Of a stretch of DNA of 64,000 nt, positions 58,673 to 64,000 are shown piece by piece. Every line of letters begins with the position of its first letter. Position 1 is the stretch's first letter. The stretch is from positions 65,339 through 129,338 of the forward strand of contig JBNASH010000036.1 of the NCBI GenBank assembly GCA_049720475.1, read 5' to 3'. Both the position numbers and the translations under genes were made by a program. The notes below the pieces were generated by a model. The model was not told the origin of the DNA. It made no database searches and saw only the letters and a list, made by a program, of their open reading frames with translations. The stretch is from Minisyncoccia bacterium. GTDB taxonomy: Bacteria > Patescibacteriota > Minisyncoccia > UBA6257 > JAAZHW01.

Positions 58673-61245
58673 TATCGGCCGTGACATTTCTTAAATTTTT
58701 TTCCTGAACCACAAGGGCAAGGATCATTGCGGCCAACGTTTTTAAACTTGTCCGGAGAAATATTAGAGGGCGCCTTGGGGGTTTCAACAATTAATTGGGG
58801 TTTCTTTAATTGAAAAACAATATCAAAAAGCATCCCTTCAAATTGATTAAAGAAATCTTTAAATAAGCGGTGCGCATTCATTTTATATTCTACTAATGGA
58901 TCGTGTTGACCATAAGCCCTTAATCGTACCACATCTCTTAAATATTCGAGATTTTCTAAATGCTGCGTCCATAAATTATCCAGAATTTGCAACATAACAG
59001 ATTTGATTACTTCGTTAAATAAATCTTTCCCTAACTCCTCTTTTACTTTCCAAAATCTAGCATTCACTTTTTCAAGCAAAAAATTGTATAGGTCATTTTC
59101 TGGAATTTTTGTTAAATCCTCGTTTTCTTCTATAATTTGAAGTTTTTTAAAACTGGCTTCTACATTTTCAATAGGCATCGACATAAATATTTGAACATTC
59201 TTTTCAATTATTTTCTCAACCTCTTCTACTAATTTTTTCTCCTGAGCCAACATTAGTGTTTTATCGCGGTATTCATAAAAAGTTTTGCGCTGTTTGTTTA
59301 AAACATCGTCAAATTCGAGTGTATACTTTCGTGCATCAAAATTTAAACCCTCAATTCTTGTTTGCGCCGATTCAATTGCCCTATTGACGATACCGGCTTG
59401 AATGGGCATCCCATAAGGATAATTCAAAGTGTTCATCAATGACTTAATTCGTTCACCACCAAAAATTCTCATTAAATCGTCTTCTAAAGAAACAAAGAAT
59501 TGAGATGAGCCTGGATCGCCTTGTCTTCCGGCTCTACCGCGTAATTGATTATCAATTCTTCTTGCTTCATGTCTTTCTGTACCAATTACATGCAATCCAC
59601 CTAATTCTCTTACTTTTTGCGCTTCTTCCGGATCAGGCGGATTACCTCCTAAAATAATATCTACACCGCGACCAGCCATATTGGTTGCTACTGTCACCGC
59701 CCCCAACTTCCCTGCTTGAGCAATTATTTCTCCTTCTCGTTCGTGATTTTTTGCATTTAAAACATTATGAGGGATGCCTTCGCGCGACAACATTGCAGAT
59801 AATTTTTCATTATTTTCAATTGAAACAGTGCCAATTAATAATGGTTGTCCGGTTTGATGTCTTTTTTTAATCTCCTCAACAATTGCGTCCCATTTCTCTT
59901 CTTGGGTTTTAAAAACTAGATCTGGCAAATCAACACGAATCATTGGTTTATTTGTTGGAATTGGCTGAACGATTAACCCATAAACCTTATCAAATTCTTC
60001 AGCTGAAGTTAAAGCCGTACCCGTCATTCCAGCCAGTTTCTCATACATTCTAAAATAATTCTGAAAAGTAATGCTCGCTAAAATTCGATTTTCTTGTTTA
60101 ACTGGAACTCCTTCTTTTGCCTCGATGGCCTGATGAAGACCACCTGAATATCTTCGACCAAAAAGCAATCGACCTGTAAATTCATCGACAATAATCACTT
60201 CACCATTTTTTACAATATAATCTTTATCCCGTTTGAATAAAGCATAGGCCTTTAAAGATTCTTCTAAATAATGCACGTAACGAAAGTTTTCCGGTGCGTA
60301 TAAATTATCAATTTTTAGTATCTTTTCTACTTTGGCTATTCCACTATCCAAAATCAATACTGATTTTAATTTTTCATCAACTTGATAATCAACTTCAGGC
60401 ACCAATTGTGGAACAATCCGAGAAAATAATTTATAAAATTCACTTGCTTCATAATCAGGAATAGTAATAATAAGCGGTGTCCGCGCTTCATCAATTAAAA
60501 TACTATCAACTTCATCGATAATTGCATAATAATGACCGCGTTGAACTTTTTGGTTTAAATCTAAAACTAGATTATCTCTCAAATAATCAAAGCCAAATTC
60601 ATGGTTTGTTCCATAAGTAATATCGGCTTCATAAGCTTCTCGGCGAGAAACCGGCCTTAAAAATTCATAAAAAACTTTAAAACCTCCCGTGGTATCTCTT
60701 TTTTCATCTAACAATTGATCTTCGCTTTCTCCTTCTTTTTTTTCTTTGTAATCCGGATCATAAATAAAGGCCTCTTCATGTACAATACAACCAACAGACA
60801 AACCCAAAGCATAATAAATTTGCCCCATCCAAACCGTGTCTCTTTTTGCCAAATAATCATTAACCGTCACTATATGAACGCCTCTTTTTAATAGTGCATT
60901 AAGATACGCTGGCAAAGTAGCCGCCAACGTCTTTCCTTCTCCAGTTTTCATTTCAGCAATTTTTCCTTGGTGAAGCGCTATTCCCCCTAAAAGTTGAACA
61001 TCATAATGTCTTTGCTTTAGCGTTCGCTTAGCCGCCTCCCTCACCAAAGCAAAAGCTGGCACCAAAATTTCATTTAGGTCTTCTTTTGATTTAACTTGAT
61101 TTTTTAATTCCAAAGATTTTTCTCGCAAAGACAAATCAGACAACCGCTCAAATTCTTTTTCTAATCTATTTATCTCATCAATAATTTTTTGATTTTTTTT
61201 ATAAAAGCTTTGAGCTAAATCTTTTTTCAAAAATTTAAACAACAT
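58672..61245 (-). CDS. secA: preprotein translocase ATPase SecA
   Basis: Walker A GEGKTL, the DEAD-like DEVDSILIDEA, and the C-terminal zinc motif CPCGSGKKFKKCHG. Confidence 0.95.
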   Translation of the reverse strand: MLFKFLKKDLAQSFYKKNQKIIDEINRLEKEFERLSDLSLREKSLELKNQVKSKEDLNEILVPAFALVREAAKRTLKQRHYDVQLLGGIALHQGKIAEMKTGEGKTLAATLPAYLNALLKRGVHIVTVNDYLAKRDTVWMGQIYYALGLSVGCIVHEEAFIYDPDYKEKKEGESEDQLLDEKRDTTGGFKVFYEFLRPVSRREAYEADITYGTNHEFGFDYLRDNLVLDLNQKVQRGHYYAIIDEVDSILIDEARTPLIITIPDYEASEFYKLFSRIVPQLVPEVDYQVDEKLKSVLILDSGIAKVEKILKIDNLYAPENFRYVHYLEESLKAYALFKRDKDYIVKNGEVIIVDEFTGRLLFGRRYSGGLHQAIEAKEGVPVKQENRILASITFQNYFRMYEKLAGMTGTALTSAEEFDKVYGLIVQPIPTNKPMIRVDLPDLVFKTQEEKWDAIVEEIKKRHQTGQPLLIGTVSIENNEKLSAMLSREGIPHNVLNAKNHEREGEIIAQAGKLGAVTVATNMAGRGVDIILGGNPPDPEEAQKVRELGGLHVIGTERHEARRIDNQLRGRAGRQGDPGSSQFFVSLEDDLMRIFGGERIKSLMNTLNYPYGMPIQAGIVNRAIESAQTRIEGLNFDARKYTLEFDDVLNKQRKTFYEYRDKTLMLAQEKKLVEEVEKIIEKNVQIFMSMPIENVEASFKKLQIIEENEDLTKIPENDLYNFLLEKVNARFWKVKEELGKDLFNEVIKSVMLQILDNLWTQHLENLEYLRDVVRLRAYGQHDPLVEYKMNAHRLFKDFFNQFEGMLFDIVFQLKKPQLIVETPKAPSNISPDKFKNVGRNDPCPCGSGKKFKKCHGR

Positions 61246-61305
61246 ATTGAATTTATCTATTTTAGCATATTTTAAAAATAAAATAAATATGTATAATTTT
61301 TAATA

Positions 61306-61893
61306 ATGAAATTAAATAATGACTACTATCTTTTGCGTCACGGCGAATCATATTCCAACCTTAAACCCCAATGGCTTTCTTCTGCACCCGAAATCAAAGT
61401 TTCCCACCTCACACCCAATGGCAAAAAACGAATTTTAAAAAACGCAAAAATTTTTAAAATGAAGGGGGTTGATTTGATTTTTGCCTCTCCTCTTCAACGC
61501 ACCAAAGAAACAGCAACAATCATCAAAAAAATTATTAAAAAACCTGTTTTCTTTACGCCTGCTTTAAAAGAAATCGATTTCGGCATTTTTAATGGTTTGC
61601 ATCCGGATGTTTATTGGGCTTATTTTGAAAATCCCATCCAACGTTTTAACAAAAAAATTCCGCAAGGTGAAAACTTAAATCAATGTCTAAAACGCATTTC
61701 TAAATTCTTTAAAAAAATTAACAAAAAATACAAAAACAAAAAAATTCTTATTATCAGCCACGCTGATATTTTATGGTTATTGGAGGGACTAATAAAAAAA
61801 CAAACCAAAGAACAAATGGTTAAAAATTATCGAGTGCGCCTAAAGCCAGGCGAGTTTCACCTTTTTACAAAATCAGCGATTAACAACAACTAA
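61306..61893 (+). CDS. histidine phosphatase (phosphoglycerate mutase-like) family protein
   Basis: LLRHGESYSN (RHG motif); ISHADILW (second His). Confidence 0.65.
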   Translation: MKLNNDYYLLRHGESYSNLKPQWLSSAPEIKVSHLTPNGKKRILKNAKIFKMKGVDLIFASPLQRTKETATIIKKIIKKPVFFTPALKEIDFGIFNGLHPDVYWAYFENPIQRFNKKIPQGENLNQCLKRISKFFKKINKKYKNKKILIISHADILWLLEGLIKKQTKEQMVKNYRVRLKPGEFHLFTKSAINNN

Positions 61894-62268
61894 CGAATTA
61901 ATTGCTAAAAAGATAAAAAAGTTTAACAAAGCCACGCTGGCAATTAAAAGAAGGCTAATTTTTTTATTTTTAAACCAGATAATAAAAGACAAAAATAAAT
62001 GTAAAACAAAGAAAAAGAAAGCAATAAACCAAAAAAGATAAAAATTCCAAAAATAACCAAGAAGTTTAATACCTTCAAGTGATGTGTAATAAATAATGTA
62101 GGATCTATTGGGGATTGGTTTAATATTAATCAAAATAATAATTAAAGTGATAAACAAAATAAAAAGATTGATGATAACCCCGATTTTTACCCATTTATGT
62201 TTTAAAAAAATTTTTAACCCTTCTTGATTCATATTAGATTTAGCGCCCCCGACGGGAATCGAACCCAT
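61873..62268 (-). CDS. hypothetical small membrane protein
   Basis: 3-4 TM helices; no recognisable motif. Confidence 0.35.
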   Translation of the reverse strand: MGSIPVGGAKSNMNQEGLKIFLKHKWVKIGVIINLFILFITLIIILINIKPIPNRSYIIYYTSLEGIKLLGYFWNFYLFWFIAFFFFVLHLFLSFIIWFKNKKISLLLIASVALLNFFIFLAINSLVVVNR

Positions 62269-62315
62269 GTTTCCACCTTGAGAGAGTGGCGTCCTAGCCG
62301 CTAGACGACAGGGGC
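62244..62315 (-). tRNA. tRNA-Glu (anticodon CUC)
   Basis: Reverse complement: GCCCCTG-TC-GTCTAGCGGCTAGGAC-G-CCACT-CTCTCAA-GGTGG-AAAC-ATGGG-TTCGATT-CCCGT-CGGGGGC-G. Confidence 0.8.
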
Positions 62316-62422
62316 TTATTGTTTTATTTTAAAGATTTTTTTAAAAAAATAAAGGTATTGACAAGAAATAAAAAAGATTAAAATTAAAGGCAGGATCTTA
62401 AAAATAAAAAAGGAGGTTTAAA

Positions 62423-63073
62423 ATGGGTAAGATTAAATTGTATAATCAAATGATAAAGGTAAAAGGGTTGAGAGAAAAAATGGGAAGGATTAAATTTTAT
62501 AAAACTTCTCTAGATAATAATGATCAATTAAGAAATGAAAAAATTGATGCGGTGGTAGTTTTTGGAATGGGATTAAACAGGGCCCGGACTGAGCCTTGTG
62601 ACCAAAGCAAAGCACTAACCAGTACAGCAGCGCACATTGCTCTCCAAAAAAATACTCCTCTTGTTATCGTAGGAATGGAACAACAACCAGATGTCCTATT
62701 TTTCAGAAATGAAGCTAGAGTGTTGTTAGATTATTTAAAGCAAGTTTTCGGGAAAGATTTTGAAAAGCTTTCAATTTCCCTCTTATCTGCTTATAGTTTA
62801 TCTAGAAGAAGCGACTATTTAATTGAAAAGATTAAAGAAAAGGGCTGGAAAAAAATTCTTATGGTAGTTCATAAGGATATGGCTCCCCGCCTCAAAAAAA
62901 TGTTGAGGATTGCTCTTTTTTCTAACGGCGATGACACAGCAATAGAGGTGTTCTTAATCCAGTTGGATTTACCTTATAATGGGGATAATTATCTCTTCTG
63001 GAAAAGAGAAAAAATTTTTAGTTTTATTTATGAAAAATTCTGTTTATTTTTAAATTCGATATTTCTCCCCTGA
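62423..63073 (+). CDS. hypothetical protein
   Basis: 216 aa; SD aaaaaggagg upstream; no confident family match. Confidence 0.35.
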   Translation: MGKIKLYNQMIKVKGLREKMGRIKFYKTSLDNNDQLRNEKIDAVVVFGMGLNRARTEPCDQSKALTSTAAHIALQKNTPLVIVGMEQQPDVLFFRNEARVLLDYLKQVFGKDFEKLSISLLSAYSLSRRSDYLIEKIKEKGWKKILMVVHKDMAPRLKKMLRIALFSNGDDTAIEVFLIQLDLPYNGDNYLFWKREKIFSFIYEKFCLFLNSIFLP

Positions 63074-63102
63074 ACCCCCCACCCACATATAAATAATATA
63101 AA

Positions 63103-63126
63103 AGGCCGATTTCTCGGCCTTTTTCT
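63103..63126. terminator. bidirectional terminator
   Basis: aggccga-tttc-tcggcct followed by ttttcttt. Confidence 0.65.
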
Positions 63127-63134
63127 TTAAAATG

Positions 63135-64000
63135 TTATTCTTCCAATTTTAATTCATCAACAATTTTATCTAAACCAATTGCTCGGGATGCTTTTACTAA
63201 AATCAAATCCCCTTCTCTAATTTCTTTTTTAATCATTTTCCGCGCAGATTCACTAGTGTTAAAAATAATAACTTTGTTTTTATCAAAACCGTATTTAATA
63301 GCTGATTCGGCAATTAATTTTGCCGCTGTGCCAACACAAATTAAAACATCAACCACTCCTACTATTTCTTTTCCAATTTTTTCATGCGCTTCGATGGTAT
63401 AATCCCCCAACTCTAACATATCCCCAAGAACTGCCACTTTCCTCTTAGCCGGAATTTCTTTTATAGTCTCAATAGCTGATTTCATTGATAACGGCGAAGC
63501 ATTGTAGCAATCATCAAAAATTATTGTATTTTTAACTCCATTTATAAGATTAGTTCTATGGGCAAGAGGTTGATATTTTTCTAAAGCCTCGCCGATTTTA
63601 ACTAAATTTATACCCATTGTAATACCGACGGCAGCTGCGGCGGCTGCAGCATAAACTTGTGGTTTTCCAATCGTATTATAAAGCCGAAATGGCACTAAAA
63701 TATTTCCATATTGAATCTTAAATGTCATTCCCTCTGGCAACCCCTTTTTATCAAATTTATATTCTAATCCTAATATTTGGACATCTGATTCCTCATGAAA
63801 GCCGAAACTAATCACTTGCGCTCGTGTTCTATTCCTTAAACCCCACACTATCAAATCATCGCGATTTAAAATTGCAAAACCGTTAGCCGACAAACTCTCA
63901 ATTAATTTACTTTTTTCTTTGGCTACTGCTTGGGAATTAGGATAATGTTCAACATGAACTGGCGTTTCACCAATAGCAGTAATAACACCAATCTTTGGTC
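63135..64000 (-). CDS. murF: UDP-MurNAc-tripeptide--D-Ala-D-Ala ligase (MurF-like Mur ligase), C-terminal part; the N-terminus lies beyond the window
   Basis: VAVLGDMLELGDYTIEAHEKIG. The frame stays open past 63893 to the window edge; the M in the ORF track there is a TTG. Confidence 0.7.
   Translation of the reverse strand, partial: PKIGVITAIGETPVHVEHYPNSQAVAKEKSKLIESLSANGFAILNRDDLIVWGLRNRTRAQVISFGFHEESDVQILGLEYKFDKKGLPEGMTFKIQYGNILVPFRLYNTIGKPQVYAAAAAAAVGITMGINLVKIGEALEKYQPLAHRTNLINGVKNTIIFDDCYNASPLSMKSAIETIKEIPAKRKVAVLGDMLELGDYTIEAHEKIGKEIVGVVDVLICVGTAAKLIAESAIKYGFDKNKVIIFNTSESARKMIKKEIREGDLILVKASRAIGLDKIVDELKLEE

Overview
The window is AT-rich (roughly one-third GC), densely packed, and reads in the standard genetic code. 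Its gene content suggests a small-genome bacterium of the Candidate Phyla Radiation / Patescibacteria type; this placement is an inference from gene content and architecture and was not checked by any search. Most of it is housekeeping. A 23S-5S rRNA unit (about 3920..7224) has tandem promoters, long processing stems and no 16S gene in the 3.9 kb upstream. There are three tRNA genes: Ser-GCU (minus strand), Ile-GAU (plus), Glu-CUC (minus). About 65 CDSs were called: aminoacyl-tRNA synthetases (glyQS, hisS, gltX); division and cell-wall genes (ftsA, ftsZ, ftsW, murG, murB, mraY, murF partial, dacA-like, M23 peptidase); groES-groEL behind a CIRCE-like operator; secA, topA, dprA, recO and a priA-like gene; scpAB; split transketolase with rpiB and rpe; gap; ribosomal proteins S21, L27 and L9; def-fmt; and type IV pilus-like pieces. 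No CRISPR array, transposase or integrase was found. The items most worth a second look are listed below.
- A promoter- and terminator-bounded candidate small RNA of about 88 nt lies right after tRNA-Ile. Two segments of it are complementary to the loop of a roughly 25-bp hairpin in the murB leader.
- A 946-aa multidomain protein forms its own transcription unit. Its C-terminus carries a non-canonical calcineurin-like phosphoesterase signature, and a motif inside it is duplicated.
- A Fic-fold protein with a degenerate active-site motif is wedged between the rRNA operon and tRNA-Ser.
- An apparently catalytically dead D-aminoacylase homologue sits directly upstream of ftsW-murG.
- A PriA homologue lacks the Walker A and Walker B motifs.
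- A Cas4-like Fe-S PD-(D/E)xK nuclease occurs without any CRISPR context and has repeated 13-nt motifs nearby.
- Several small Cys-rich ORFs are present, one of them missed by the ORF track.
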